DNA from: a virus
Lineage: Duplodnaviria; Caudoviricetes
Strand: one strand, 5' to 3'
Virus record (IMG/VR): IMGVR_UViG_3300031673_000051
Coordinates: 1 to 56,897 of that record
Length of the DNA: 56,897 nucleotides
Both the position numbers and the translations under genes were made by a program. Positions 1 to 10,180 of the stretch are shown here, in pieces. The notes under the pieces are model-generated. The model saw only the letters and a list, made by a program, of their open reading frames with translations, made no database searches and had not been told where the DNA came from. How positions within the stretch are numbered: position 1 is the stretch's first letter; every line of letters starts with the position of its first letter.

Positions 1-241
1 CTTGATTGTGTTCAACTAAATTAGCAAGAGATACATTCTCTCGTTCAGTTGATTCCTTATCATGAAGCAACATCTTAACTTGAAGTCTTATAAACTGAAG
101 AAGGTACTTAATCTCATTTGGTCCACAATCCTCAGGTCGTTTAAAGTATTCTTCTGGTGTAAACTGCGGCTCTATGACAGTCACGATATTCTCCGCCTCA
201 AGCCAACAATCGCGGAAATGTTTTCTTTCTTCCTTTGTCAT
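1..241 (-). CDS. Partial hypothetical protein (runs off window end)
   Basis: Manual translation from ATG at 241 is open to position 1: MTKEERKHFRDCWLEAE...LLQFIRLQVKMLLHDKESTERENVSLANLVEHNQ. Confidence 0.65.
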   Translation of the reverse strand, partial: MTKEERKHFRDCWLEAENIVTVIEPQFTPEEYFKRPEDCGPNEIKYLLQFIRLQVKMLLHDKESTERENVSLANLVEHNQ

Positions 242-257
242 CGTAATTCTTCCATCC

Positions 258-584
258 TCAGTTCCCAATTATATTAGGACCCCTACCTGTATGACCTAAT
301 TTAAACTCTCCCTCGGCAGAAATCTTTTTAGTATTGTACGCCTGAACTGTCTTCTCAACACCATTTTCATAAAACACGCCTATCCATATTCCCTCCGTGT
401 AAAAATTTACATCAGCAAAATAGGCGAAGATTGTCCCTGGAACTTTAATAAACTCATAGTGATCGGCTGTAACTAAACTTGGGTCAAGGAACTCTGCTGT
501 TACTACCAGATTATCTTTGACGGAGGTTTTGTAGAAAATCCTCTGAACTCCAGGAGAGTATAACTCAGCCACGGATAACACCAC
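258..584 (-). CDS. Hypothetical beta-rich protein, possibly virion-associated
   Basis: 108 aa ORF; alternating hydrophobic pattern and motif (Y.A...F.TEG.W...F) similar to the N-terminal domain of the neighbouring gene. Confidence 0.5.
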   Translation of the reverse strand: MVLSVAELYSPGVQRIFYKTSVKDNLVVTAEFLDPSLVTADHYEFIKVPGTIFAYFADVNFYTEGIWIGVFYENGVEKTVQAYNTKKISAEGEFKLGHTGRGPNIIGN

Positions 585-699
585 TTTCTTACTGTACGAA
601 TATACAAATGTACGAAAGATGCCAAATTAATCTAGTACCATTCTAAGTTTGCCTAGATATTATTGTCCACCTTTCGTATTATTACCAGTACCATTGCTA

Positions 700-1368
700 C
701 TAAAATGCTTGTGGAGGAGTATCCAATGACGCCACGGAAAGAGCAATTGCGTCAACCACAGTCTTAACATCAGCAACAGCCGAAGCAGTTGCAAGACCAG
801 CAGCACTTATCGCGGCAGCGGCAGCGGCCTGTACGGCAGCAGCATCAGGTAAAGCATTAATTAAAATAGCAAGAGCACTTTGTGTATCTGACACATTTGT
901 AGCAGTAGCCAAACCAGCAGCAGTTATTGCCGCGGCAGCAGCAACTTGTACTCCAGCAGCATCAATGTTATTAAGAGCACCAATTGCATCTGTAATTATT
1001 GCCTGTGCCGTGGTTACATCACCATCTGTGGCAACATCACCAAGAGCAATGATAGCAGACTGCACAGCTGCCACGGCTACACCAACATCCTGCATATTAT
1101 AATTGCCTACGGAATAGGCTTTATTTACTTGACCATCTCCACCGGCTAAGTGCATTATAACTTGCCACACACCAAGTGCATCAGGAGTAAAAATGCCTCT
1201 GTAAGTTCCGCTATCTCCTACTTCCACCATTGTTACATCTGGAAAGTTGGAATCTTTTGTCCTGTTCGGAAGGTAAATCTCTGCTATAACATCAACCAAA
1301 CCAGTCGTTGCATTTGGTGCTTGATAACCAAATTCGATTTCTTCATTTAATTTAAATTGTTTGTCCAT
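700..1368 (-). CDS. Putative virion protein: Ig-like N-terminus plus Ala-rich repeats
   Basis: GTYRGIFTPDALGVWQV beta motif followed by two copies of DAA.VQ.AAAAAI.AAGLATA. Confidence 0.5.
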   Translation of the reverse strand: MDKQFKLNEEIEFGYQAPNATTGLVDVIAEIYLPNRTKDSNFPDVTMVEVGDSGTYRGIFTPDALGVWQVIMHLAGGDGQVNKAYSVGNYNMQDVGVAVAAVQSAIIALGDVATDGDVTTAQAIITDAIGALNNIDAAGVQVAAAAAITAAGLATATNVSDTQSALAILINALPDAAAVQAAAAAAISAAGLATASAVADVKTVVDAIALSVASLDTPPQAF

Positions 1369-1379
1369 CTTTTAATTCC

Positions 1380-1769
1380 CTAAAATTTCTGAGCCTCGAG
1401 CTCTACTTTTAATAATGTGACCCCATACTTGGCATCGTACACATTCTTACTCACTACTTCAAAATACATTAAGACAGGTTTAGACAATGCCGCGTCATTA
1501 ATGTAAAGGACTAATGGTCCCAATTTATTTGTATTTGCTGCAGTCAATGTCAAATAATACAAACCAGCGCAACTTGGAATATTCCCCCAAGTATTAGATC
1601 CAATGTTAACAACAGTATCATCAGACTTTATAAGGTACTTCCAGTAATACCAACTAAGTTGTGCCCCCACAACGGGTGTAGGTGGAATATTAATTCTAGT
1701 CTGTATTCCAAGAAATATCCCCACTCTAATTTTCTGTAATGTTTCATGTCTTATTTGGTAAGTGAACAT
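1380..1769 (-). CDS. Hypothetical protein, possibly virion-associated
   Basis: 129 aa ORF with GLYYLTLTAANTNKLG beta-sandwich-like motif; context. Confidence 0.45.
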   Translation of the reverse strand: MFTYQIRHETLQKIRVGIFLGIQTRINIPPTPVVGAQLSWYYWKYLIKSDDTVVNIGSNTWGNIPSCAGLYYLTLTAANTNKLGPLVLYINDAALSKPVLMYFEVVSKNVYDAKYGVTLLKVELEAQKF

Positions 1770-1996
1770 ACTATAACGTCTGACTTAACTACAACACTTT
1801 CTTGAGCTATTTTTATTTGACCTCTTTCCACAGCTTTTAAATACTGCTGCCTGCCCCATTCTTCTAACCACCCCAATGGAGTTAAAATTGAATCAATGGG
1901 AATTGGATTCTCTTTTAAAAAAGCATTTTCAAAATTGGGGTAATCCTCCTCCTTTATGACAAATGATATACTGGGCACTACATACTCCTTATCCAA
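1751..1996 (-). CDS. Hypothetical protein
   Basis: ORF in a tightly packed minus-strand run. Confidence 0.45.
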   Translation of the reverse strand: MDKEYVVPSISFVIKEEDYPNFENAFLKENPIPIDSILTPLGWLEEWGRQQYLKAVERGQIKIAQESVVVKSDVIVCSLTK

Positions 1997-1997
1997 A

Positions 1998-2240
1998 TTA
2001 TTTCAAATAAGCGATCTTTGAATCTCGTCTCTGCTGCTTAACTTGATATTCTAGTTTAAGAGCAGCACTTCTTGACATAAATCCACTTGCTACCACCAAA
2101 ACCACGGGCAGTCTGGAACTTGTATATTTAGCACCTTTCCCACTATTGTGCGTAGCTATCCTTTTCTCAAGGTTGTTAGTCACCCCACAATAGAGGGAAT
2201 CATCTCGGCAACGAATTAAATAGACTACCCAGTTATCCAT
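1998..2240 (-). CDS. GIY-YIG nuclease (small YhbQ/UPF0213-like)
   Basis: WVVYLIRC.D.SLYCGVTNNLEKRIATHNSGKGAKYT..RLPV and ALKLEYQVK motifs. Confidence 0.9.
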   Translation of the reverse strand: MDNWVVYLIRCRDDSLYCGVTNNLEKRIATHNSGKGAKYTSSRLPVVLVVASGFMSRSAALKLEYQVKQQRRDSKIAYLK

Positions 2241-2241
2241 A

Positions 2242-4143
2242 TTATTTCTTTGCTATCTTAGGTATGTCTCCCCACCAAATTCTACTACCTGCAGGAAGTT
2301 TCTCAATCTTAGCCCACTTAAGATAAACTGCCTTAGCTTCTTCTTTGGAATCACCATCATATTTTATTGGCCAATCACCTTCTTCTGGAATGTAAATGAA
2401 CCATTGTTTCTTCCTGGAAATATCCTTTTCAGTCACATTTTGTGCCTCGTCAACTTCCGTGTCTTCCTCAACAGCTTCTTCTGTAACCGCCTCATTATTT
2501 ACCTTGTAATTCCCCTCATGTAGTAAAGCACTGATCAAGTTAATAACTTCTGTAGGATCAAGCATATCGACCGTACTTGCTCCTGCTCCTGACCAATCTC
2601 CAGTAGCTATCTCGGCTTCATCCGCGGTAATACTGAGCTTACCATCACCTGTAAAAGCTATTCGGTATGATACGCTGTCTGACTCGAACACATAAATATC
2701 ATCTTCCTCTGAAGATTCTTCAGCAACTACGTGCATGTCTGCGACTGCTTCTTCCTTAACTTAAGATTCACTGGTTAGGTGTCCCCAGGCAACCCCACCG
2801 GTTTCATCTTCAACAGCCACCCCTCCCGCAGCTTTAACTTGACTTATGGCCGAATCTAAAGTGGTAAATACCACCTGTTTCTTTCCATCCTTCATAATCA
2901 GAGTATATTTCTTTTCCTCCTCAGTGTCTGACACAGACTCATCCGCCGTCATTTCTCCTGCGTCTTCCTTATCTGTGTGTCTGGGCCTAAATATCCTTCC
3001 ACCTAAAGGATATTCTGTTTCATCCTCTGGCATTTCCTCTTTATGCCTTGGATCTTTATCACCATGGAAATTACCACCAATAACATCAGCAATCTTTTGG
3101 CCAGCTTCTTCTGCTTCTGTTGAAGTATCAAAAGTAAACATCACGGTGGAACTCCTACCACCCGGCCGAACTTTCTGTACATCCCAGCCGTCTCCGAGGG
3201 AAGACTTACTTATGAAAATTTCTGTATCAGAATGAGCAGCTATTCCTTCTTCAACTTCAGCTTCTTCCTCAACTGTATCTTCTGCCACATGCTCCTTGCC
3301 GCACTTCTCATCAGTAACTTCTTCCTCAGGCATGATTTCTGTATCAACGTCTTCCTCTTCCTCATTACATTCTGCTACCTTAGATTCAAGAACACTGGGA
3401 TCACCTAAGCCTTCTCCGACCCATGCCTCAATAGCCTCAGCAGTAGCAATTGATTCCGCATCTTTTCGAGATTTAACAAATGCATAAATCATTTTAATTG
3501 CATTGGGGTTTAACTCAGCAGCATCAATTCCTTCAGGTGTAGGATCTTCAAGAATTTTTTCTAACTGCTGGGCTACCGCCCAACCTAATCGAGTATGAGC
3601 AATATCCGCAAGATCACTATCTGATTCTTTTACTTGTTGACAACTCTCCAATACCTTCTCAAAAGGAGTAACACTTTGAGCTGGCATAACTTGAAGAGCA
3701 TTATCATCAACATTCTTATTGGGATCTGCCTCGACCTTGCGGAACTCTTCTATTGTTTGATCGAAAAGAGATTCATCGGTAACTTTCTTGGTGGCTTTAT
3801 CTTTACAAGATTCTGCAACATCTGATTTCCATATCAATTCTGAACCTTCAACATGACCAAATTCACCCTTTTCATTAGCTTGCCACACCTCTACATAAGC
3901 TAAATCTTTTCCATTTATATCCCGAGCAAGTTCCACTGCAGAAGCTTTAGCCTCTTCATCAGTATCATAATGATAAGTAGCAGTAGCTATATCATCAATA
4001 CTATAACCAAAAGTGCCAAATTTTCCTGCAAGGTCTTTCTCTTCCTTAACTTCTTGCTCATCAACATTCTTATTTTCGTCCTTCTCTACCCGACTAAATT
4101 CATCTACCAAGTTTTCAAACATAGAATCATTACCCGTACTCAT
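2242..4143 (-). CDS. Large acidic putative head internal/core protein (ORFs 2761..4143 and 2242..2736 in frame across one TAA)
   Basis: Very Glu-rich; many V-x-E sites; internal repeat FENLVDEFSRVEKDENKNVD / FDQTIEEFRKVEADPNKNVD; 2737..2760 reads VKEEAVAD in frame between the two ORFs. Confidence 0.55.
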
Positions 4144-4145
4144 TC

Positions 4146-4547
4146 TTATCCCCTTTTTAGTGTAGCGTAAACCGCCTCATTTAATTGTTCAATTATTTTT
4201 GGAACTAATATGTTATACTCAGAATTCCCTTTCTCCACTTCAATGAAAATGTGGGTTAGGAGTGAACTAAGTGCCTTCGCCGTAATTAAGTTATCCTTGC
4301 TTTTCCCTTCTTGTATTTTCTTGAGCGTCCTACCTATACTCTTTCCTTGGAGCTTTTTAATAAGCCACCCCAATAAGTCCCCACTACTAGGAAGTTTATC
4401 CAATTCCTCACTACACTTATCAAATTGTCCTTGTTCAAACAATTCCCTTGAAAGTTTCACTACACCAAGGTATTCTTTTTTAATGAAGTATTTCTCCACC
4501 TCAAATAACCTATCCATCAATTTTAAATCACAAGGATTAAATGTCAT
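4146..4547 (-). CDS. Hypothetical helical protein
   Basis: 133 aa ORF whose start overlaps the upstream stop. Confidence 0.6.
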   Translation of the reverse strand: MTFNPCDLKLMDRLFEVEKYFIKKEYLGVVKLSRELFEQGQFDKCSEELDKLPSSGDLLGWLIKKLQGKSIGRTLKKIQEGKSKDNLITAKALSSLLTHIFIEVEKGNSEYNILVPKIIEQLNEAVYATLKRG

Positions 4548-4771
4548 TAGTCTAACTCCCTACCCTCTTCTGCTCTTTTATTTTCTGCGTGCCGAATATT
4601 ATCCGCCAAACACAAGTCTTCTACTACCATACCGTCCTTTTTCTTCTTCCTCTTAAAACCACAACCACCGCAAATATCATAAAAAAAACCATCCCCAATA
4701 TCAATATTTATATTCAACATATTCTTGCATTTAGGACACACTGATTCTTCGCCGATGATTTGGTTTATCAT
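4547..4771 (-). CDS. Small zinc-ribbon protein
   Basis: CPKC...CGGC pairs. Confidence 0.55.
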   Translation of the reverse strand: MINQIIGEESVCPKCKNMLNINIDIGDGFFYDICGGCGFKRKKKKDGMVVEDLCLADNIRHAENKRAEEGRELD

Positions 4772-4772
4772 A

Positions 4773-5060
4773 CTACTCTCCTTCTACTTCATTTATCTCT
4801 TCTGCACGTAATACTACCACGGCAACTTTCTCTTTCAAACTTAACCATTGAGCCTTGCCTGTATCTAAACAAACTACAGGAGTTTTTCCTTCTGGTATTT
4901 CAACCTTAGTACCTGGAGACATATCCGCACCCTGTGGAGTAGTCAAACCCACCACATCCATTTTCATATACACAAAACTACTCTCGGGTATCTTAAAAGT
5001 ATCCCGAGCAACCAACTCACTTAATACTTTCACCATCCGCTCTCTCAATTGAATATCCAT
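4773..5060 (-). CDS. Hypothetical protein
   Basis: ORF with AGGAG ribosome-binding site. Confidence 0.55.
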   Translation of the reverse strand: MDIQLRERMVKVLSELVARDTFKIPESSFVYMKMDVVGLTTPQGADMSPGTKVEIPEGKTPVVCLDTGKAQWLSLKEKVAVVVLRAEEINEVEGE

Positions 5061-5284
5061 CTTTTCTCCTACTTATTGATTCTCTTCTGCTTTAGCCTGC
5101 TCTTGTCGCATCTTCCATTGAACGACTTCATCCCGAGCAAATTCCGCTTGTTGCTGCCTAACCAGCATCCTGCCCCATTCGAGCAGTACTTCACCAGGTC
5201 TACTACCCATCACATCCGGCCATACTCGAAATAAATGAACTTTAATTTTCATTTTATGACCTGGTTAGATAACCATTTTAATAT

Positions 5285-5668
5285 TTACTTTCTACTGATG
5301 GTAAAAACAACCCTGCCACAGACATCCAAAAGATTCACCACCACCTCTTGATATAGCTTCTCCCTCAGAATGTCTCCATTTTCATCTCTCTTAAATTGTA
5401 CTTTAGTAAAAAACTCTGCGGGCGTAAATGAATCATATTCTTTTGGGTATGGCTCAACTATAAGACATTCAATCCAACCCTCCGCCACATTGCACCCCTG
5501 AATAAGTAAAGGATGAATGCAACCTGGATTAGCTATCTCAAAAAGAAATATCTTAAGAATGATATTCTGATGACAACCTACAATTGTATTTTCTGCATAA
5601 TTCCAATTAACTTTTCTTAATTCGTCTAACGTAATTTCTTGCACTTCCGTCTGCATTTCATTAGTCAT
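5285..5668 (-). CDS. Hypothetical protein
   Basis: 127 aa ORF preceded by GA-rich leader. Confidence 0.55.
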   Translation of the reverse strand: MTNEMQTEVQEITLDELRKVNWNYAENTIVGCHQNIILKIFLFEIANPGCIHPLLIQGCNVAEGWIECLIVEPYPKEYDSFTPAEFFTKVQFKRDENGDILREKLYQEVVVNLLDVCGRVVFTISRK

Positions 5669-5851
5669 CTTACTCTCTCTCTTTCTCTCTTTACGTTGAG
5701 GTTATACTACCTTGTAATACACCACCTCCCGCAGGAAAGGACTCTCGTAGCCATCTGGCCATTCTTTCCTTGTAACACTTGTCACAGTGGCAGAATTGGG
5801 CATAATGATCATGCTCTATAGGGAACACACCCTTTGGTACCTCAGTGTTCA

Positions 5852-6442
5852 TTACTCAAATACTCCTAACAACCTATCAATCAACTCCTCCTGATGTTTG
5901 GAAAAGTGCCAACGTACATCCTTGACTTTATTGAACCACTCCCTTGCTTCATTTCCCAGTTCTTCCCCCATTGCGGCCCAATCGGCAACCATCTCAGCAA
6001 CATCCATATCTGGCATCTTTGAGGCATCCACACACTCAATAGAGTCATCCCTATTTGTACCGAGGTTAGCTTTTGTCTTATCATCTAACCAATGCTCTGG
6101 ATGATGTTTAGCATTCCGAATATGGTGAAGCGTTGCATCATCCTCCTCTTTCTTTTCCAATTTACCTGGCGTTTGATATCCTTTGCCTTTAATAGGATCA
6201 AACTTACCACTTTCCTTTTCTAACTTGTGTCTCCAAGTTATGGCAACATACGGAGTCAACTCTGGCTCCTCTAACTTGGAACTATCATGATCCTCTGCCT
6301 GCTCAACCAACCCAGCAAACTCTTCTGAATAAGCCTTTTCTATCTTAGCTGCTGCACCCTGGACCAATCCAATATGCTTGTTAGTTCTCTCCAAGTAATA
6401 ATCCATGAGGATCAACTGGTACCTCACGTGCCACAGTGGCAT
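5852..6442 (-). CDS. HD-like metal-binding protein (DUF5662-like); likely start near 6406
   Basis: RT..HI..V, HDSSK, HH...AKHHPEHW, EMVADW.AM motifs. Confidence 0.7.
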   Translation of the reverse strand: MPLWHVRYQLILMDYYLERTNKHIGLVQGAAAKIEKAYSEEFAGLVEQAEDHDSSKLEEPELTPYVAITWRHKLEKESGKFDPIKGKGYQTPGKLEKKEEDDATLHHIRNAKHHPEHWLDDKTKANLGTNRDDSIECVDASKMPDMDVAEMVADWAAMGEELGNEAREWFNKVKDVRWHFSKHQEELIDRLLGVFE

Positions 6443-7157
6443 CAGGTATCACAGGAGCTACAATTGCCACGGGTTGCACTCTTGCCATCATGGGATGGAT
6501 CATTGGTACCATTGACCTTGGTGGTGCTGGTGGTAAAGGTTTAATGGGTTGTATCTCAAAATTTATAAGACCGTAACCTATTGTTGTTTCCTTAAACACC
6601 AATCGATATTTTCCGTAGTTACTTATCTGCCCGGAGACATCCTGACCTTTAACTTGACCATCTTCATTTCCTTGACCCAACAACATTCCACCCATTGTTG
6701 TAACAGTCAATTTCTCCTTATTCACCACCTCATATCCTGCCGGTATAGGAAGCTCACCTTGGCACCAACCGGCCTCATGATCCACTGCCACCTTAGCTGT
6801 TCGTTTTCTAGGTTGTTCAACTGCCAACTGAGCTATTGGACGAGCTACTTGCTGAACCGCAGGAACCTTAAGAGCAACAGGAACCGAGGAAACAGGTACC
6901 TTTGGCATAGGTGGTGTTTCTAAATTTGCTAATGACTCCTCTAAACTTATCTTACCCAGCCTAACCTCTTCGTAAGCTTCGATAATCTCCATCACCTCTT
7001 CTACAAGTATGACCAAATCTGCTTCCCTATTTACCCCATCAACAGAGTAAAGACCCGTCACATCCTTACATAACTCCCTTAGTGTTTCATATAAAAAATT
7101 CTCCCAACCTCCAGAAGCATTAATCAATTTCATTAGAAGTTTATTATTTTTTGCCAT
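6381..7157 (-). CDS. Hypothetical protein with Pro/Val-rich linkers
   Basis: 258 aa ORF with AGGAG ribosome-binding site. Confidence 0.6.
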   Translation of the reverse strand: MAKNNKLLMKLINASGGWENFLYETLRELCKDVTGLYSVDGVNREADLVILVEEVMEIIEAYEEVRLGKISLEESLANLETPPMPKVPVSSVPVALKVPAVQQVARPIAQLAVEQPRKRTAKVAVDHEAGWCQGELPIPAGYEVVNKEKLTVTTMGGMLLGQGNEDGQVKGQDVSGQISNYGKYRLVFKETTIGYGLINFEIQPIKPLPPAPPRSMVPMIHPMMARVQPVAIVAPVIPDATVAREVPVDPHGLLLGEN

Positions 7158-7286
7158 CTCTCAATCTCCTACTTATTTTCTCTCTCTCATTCTACTTTAA
7201 CATCCTATTTAATCTACCTAACACCGCCATCCTCGGGTGATCTGGTACAATAGGTATATAATTTGCTACTTGTAAATCTTTTTGCC

Positions 7287-7694
7287 TTAAGGCAACTTAG
7301 TGTATACTTTTCTAAACTCCTCCCAGGAGGAACCCTCCTCAGCGTACATACCCGTCTTTAACGACTTTACTGAAAAATAAAAATCACCCGTCCCTTCTTT
7401 TATACCCTTTCGAATAGTTCTCATCTGGGATTCTGTTGGCTTCCGCATTAACTCAATATTGAATCCACGTGCTGCTTGGATATACCGAATATGACCTTGC
7501 TTCAAATAACTGGTGTATTCCGTATAAAAATAGCGCCCTGAAGGTACTTCTACCCCGGGATGCGCCTTATGATAAGCATCCCGATCATGTTGCCCTGCCC
7601 GGTAGTTTGGAATCTCCTCAAACTCACCATTTGGATGAATCCAACCACCTTCTTTTATCCCCCAGATAGCTTGAAGAACTGCTGACGTCTTCAT
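7287..7694 (-). CDS. Fourth W-x-x-P-x-G repeat domain; probably the frameshifted C-terminus of 7624..9408
   Basis: GWIHPNGE...H...GHIRY...KPTESQMRTIR matches the repeats upstream; removing one base near 7653-7663 fuses the frames. Confidence 0.55.
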   Translation of the reverse strand: MKTSAVLQAIWGIKEGGWIHPNGEFEEIPNYRAGQHDRDAYHKAHPGVEVPSGRYFYTEYTSYLKQGHIRYIQAARGFNIELMRKPTESQMRTIRKGIKEGTGDFYFSVKSLKTGMYAEEGSSWEEFRKVYTKLP

Positions 7695-9408
7695 CTACCC
7701 CACTGCTGGGCATCATAACATGCAATGCCTCAGGTGGAATATCCTGAGAATACGTAAAAGTCATAACCTCGGTATCCCGCACATTTAGATCATTTGCTAT
7801 TTTACTTTTATCCAACTGAGCTGTTTCTATCTTCAGAACAACTATCTGGTCTATCCACTCATCAGGAACAGTCTCACTAACTTCTGCAAAAGCTTCCGCC
7901 TCCTCAAAAGTCTTAGCCAAATAAATGAAACCCTCTTCTGAATCAGAATAATTCTTTTCCGTACCACTTATTTTCAAACCCACAGAATTTATTTTATCTA
8001 ACAAAGGCTTAAAAGTACCATGATACAAATACTCAGGAACCTCAACACCCTCGTCAATTGATTCATCCAAACCGTACTCTAAAGCATAACTAAGATCTTC
8101 TGATGAAACAATATCCTTATGAAAACACCCAATCGTATGTCTACCAGGAAAATCAACAAACAAAATATCCGGTTTGTATTCTATATAAAACTGCCTTATC
8201 CTGGCAATCTGATCATCCGTAAGACTTCCGACGTCACCACGTAAATTCAACTGACGGGCTCCAAGTTGAATACCGCCGGAAACCAAACCCATCCTATTTG
8301 AATCAATAAACGTAATGCCACTATCTAATATAGTATCCAAATGAGCATGAACCACTGGAACATAATCACCATTTCTGAGCAATAAAAACTTCAACCAATC
8401 AGATTCACTACCCCAGGTACTTTTTGTCAATTTACCATTTATCTTCTTTGCATAGTATTTCCTAAATTGCTTTTCAGGAGATAACTTAGTATCTACTGCT
8501 TCGTGAACCTTCTCACCATATTCAAGGAAGTACTCAAGTGCCGTTGTACTTGACACTTCCCGACCAAAATTAGTCGTATCCGTTTCTACCCATAATGTAT
8601 CAATCTTGTATTCAATAAAAAGACTTCTAAGCTTTTGCATCTGTGGCTGCGTGGGTGGTCGTCCGTTTTCCCAATGAACACCCATATCCTCGCCTTTTCT
8701 AACGTACCCACGTATAGCTCCTTGTTGTAGCAGCTCTACTACGTCCGCATTTGCTTTATCCGCCAACTGTGTATGTGTATTGCGCCCAACTGAAATCATC
8801 GTACCATCAGGCAATAACCAAAACTTATATTGGTCTTCTTCAGAAGGACAGAAACTAGACTTCACCAACTTTGTACTACAATTTTTATATTTACGAGCCA
8901 TTTTATCTATAGAAGATACTTTAACTGCGGCTTCATCAACCTCATCTTTACCATACTGAAGGAGGTATTCTAAGTGATCTGCAGACTTTATATCTGAATA
9001 CATAACATCTGGTAAACTGTCTACCTCCAAAACCACCGAGGTGGGTTTGTATTCCACATACAACTGCATTAACTTTGAAATCTGTTGAGAAGAGAGCCTG
9101 ATTGCCTCTATATTCAAACTCTCTGTGTTCGGATCAATAAGACCTCTTACTATTCCGCCATTGTAGGCCTCGGAATACCGAACGCCTGCTGCACTAAGAA
9201 CAGCATCATGTGATCCCACTACTGGAATAACATCCCCGGAAGGCAGCATCCAAAACTTATACCATTTTTCCCATGGATAACTACTAAGGGCCAACTTATT
9301 ATTGAGTACCTTCCTGCTGTAAGCCATTAGTTTCTTTACAGGAGATGCCTCTGTGGAAACAGCGGCTTCACCAACCTCAACAAGTTTTTCAACCAAATCT
9401 TCGTACAT
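7624..9408 (-). CDS. Multidomain protein: three ~145 aa repeats plus ADP-ribosyltransferase-fold (Tpt1/KptA-like) domain
   Basis: KFWMLPSG / KFWLLPDG / KFLLLRNG repeats, each ending L.Y.L.YG; C-terminal LYHGT...GL...FIYLA...VVLKI...IPPEAL. Confidence 0.7.
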   Translation of the reverse strand: MYEDLVEKLVEVGEAAVSTEASPVKKLMAYSRKVLNNKLALSSYPWEKWYKFWMLPSGDVIPVVGSHDAVLSAAGVRYSEAYNGGIVRGLIDPNTESLNIEAIRLSSQQISKLMQLYVEYKPTSVVLEVDSLPDVMYSDIKSADHLEYLLQYGKDEVDEAAVKVSSIDKMARKYKNCSTKLVKSSFCPSEEDQYKFWLLPDGTMISVGRNTHTQLADKANADVVELLQQGAIRGYVRKGEDMGVHWENGRPPTQPQMQKLRSLFIEYKIDTLWVETDTTNFGREVSSTTALEYFLEYGEKVHEAVDTKLSPEKQFRKYYAKKINGKLTKSTWGSESDWLKFLLLRNGDYVPVVHAHLDTILDSGITFIDSNRMGLVSGGIQLGARQLNLRGDVGSLTDDQIARIRQFYIEYKPDILFVDFPGRHTIGCFHKDIVSSEDLSYALEYGLDESIDEGVEVPEYLYHGTFKPLLDKINSVGLKISGTEKNYSDSEEGFIYLAKTFEEAEAFAEVSETVPDEWIDQIVVLKIETAQLDKSKIANDLNVRDTEVMTFTYSQDIPPEALHVMMPSSGVDEDVSSSSSYLGDKRRWLDSSKW

Positions 9409-9628
9409 ATTATAATTCCGCTCCTACTCTGGCCCTCGGAGCATATTAAAGTTTTGCTGTACTGTACCGGACGCATCATCTAACATTATAATATTAACAA
9501 TCTTCTCAACAACTTTTACATATCCTCTGTTTTCTTACGGAGTTTATTAATGAGAATCTTAATCACTGGATTCAAAATATAACCTACACACATTCCTATC
9601 AGTACTAGATGCATCATTTCCTCCTATC

Positions 9629-10180
9629 TTAAAGTTTTGCTTTGATTTTAGCTACGAGTGCCTTTGTTGAATCCGCCTGTCTTGTAAGTACCTTCTTTAT
9701 ACTATCTTGAATACTTTCCTTAGTACCACCATTAGCTGCAGATTTTTTTATCTCTTGAACATTGCAAATGACATCTTTCAATGCCTTATTCTTAATGATA
9801 ACACTAATGGCTACTGCGGCTACTGCTCCCACCATTCCAAAGATTGCTAACCACAGAGCAAATCGAGCAACCGCCAGTGCCATAAATAGTGACACTGCAC
9901 AGGCAACAACAACTGGGATACCAATCTTGCTACCATTCACAAAGGCAAATACACCCGCCCCTATGCCCAGTATAGAAAAAGCTACCAACCAATTAGTTCC
10001 CTTCGCTGCATTAAGTAATTGTTCTTGTGGACTCTTTGGATCTTTATCCTCAACCTTAGCACTTGGATCTGCAAATATAAAATCCAATATGGGTCTCGCT
10101 ACCCTACAACCAGACGTAAGTAAAACTACTAACAAAAGACAAACTATCCAAATGTTTTTAATATTCATTTCTTTTCTCAC
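9629..10180 (-). CDS. Membrane lipoprotein-like protein (possible lysis component)
   Basis: Signal peptide ending in lipobox-like LTSGC, three hydrophobic helices, basic tail. Confidence 0.6.
   Translation of the reverse strand: MRKEMNIKNIWIVCLLLVVLLTSGCRVARPILDFIFADPSAKVEDKDPKSPQEQLLNAAKGTNWLVAFSILGIGAGVFAFVNGSKIGIPVVVACAVSLFMALAVARFALWLAIFGMVGAVAAVAISVIIKNKALKDVICNVQEIKKSAANGGTKESIQDSIKKVLTRQADSTKALVAKIKAKL

Noticed and set aside
5852-7157. Fusion of 6381..7157 with the DUF5662-like ORF by frameshift
   Set aside because: Possible, but a short gene overlap explains it equally well and no motif spans the junction
9629-10180. Definite spanin or holin call
   Set aside because: Lipobox and TM helices fit, but no endolysin or partner gene is recognisable nearby
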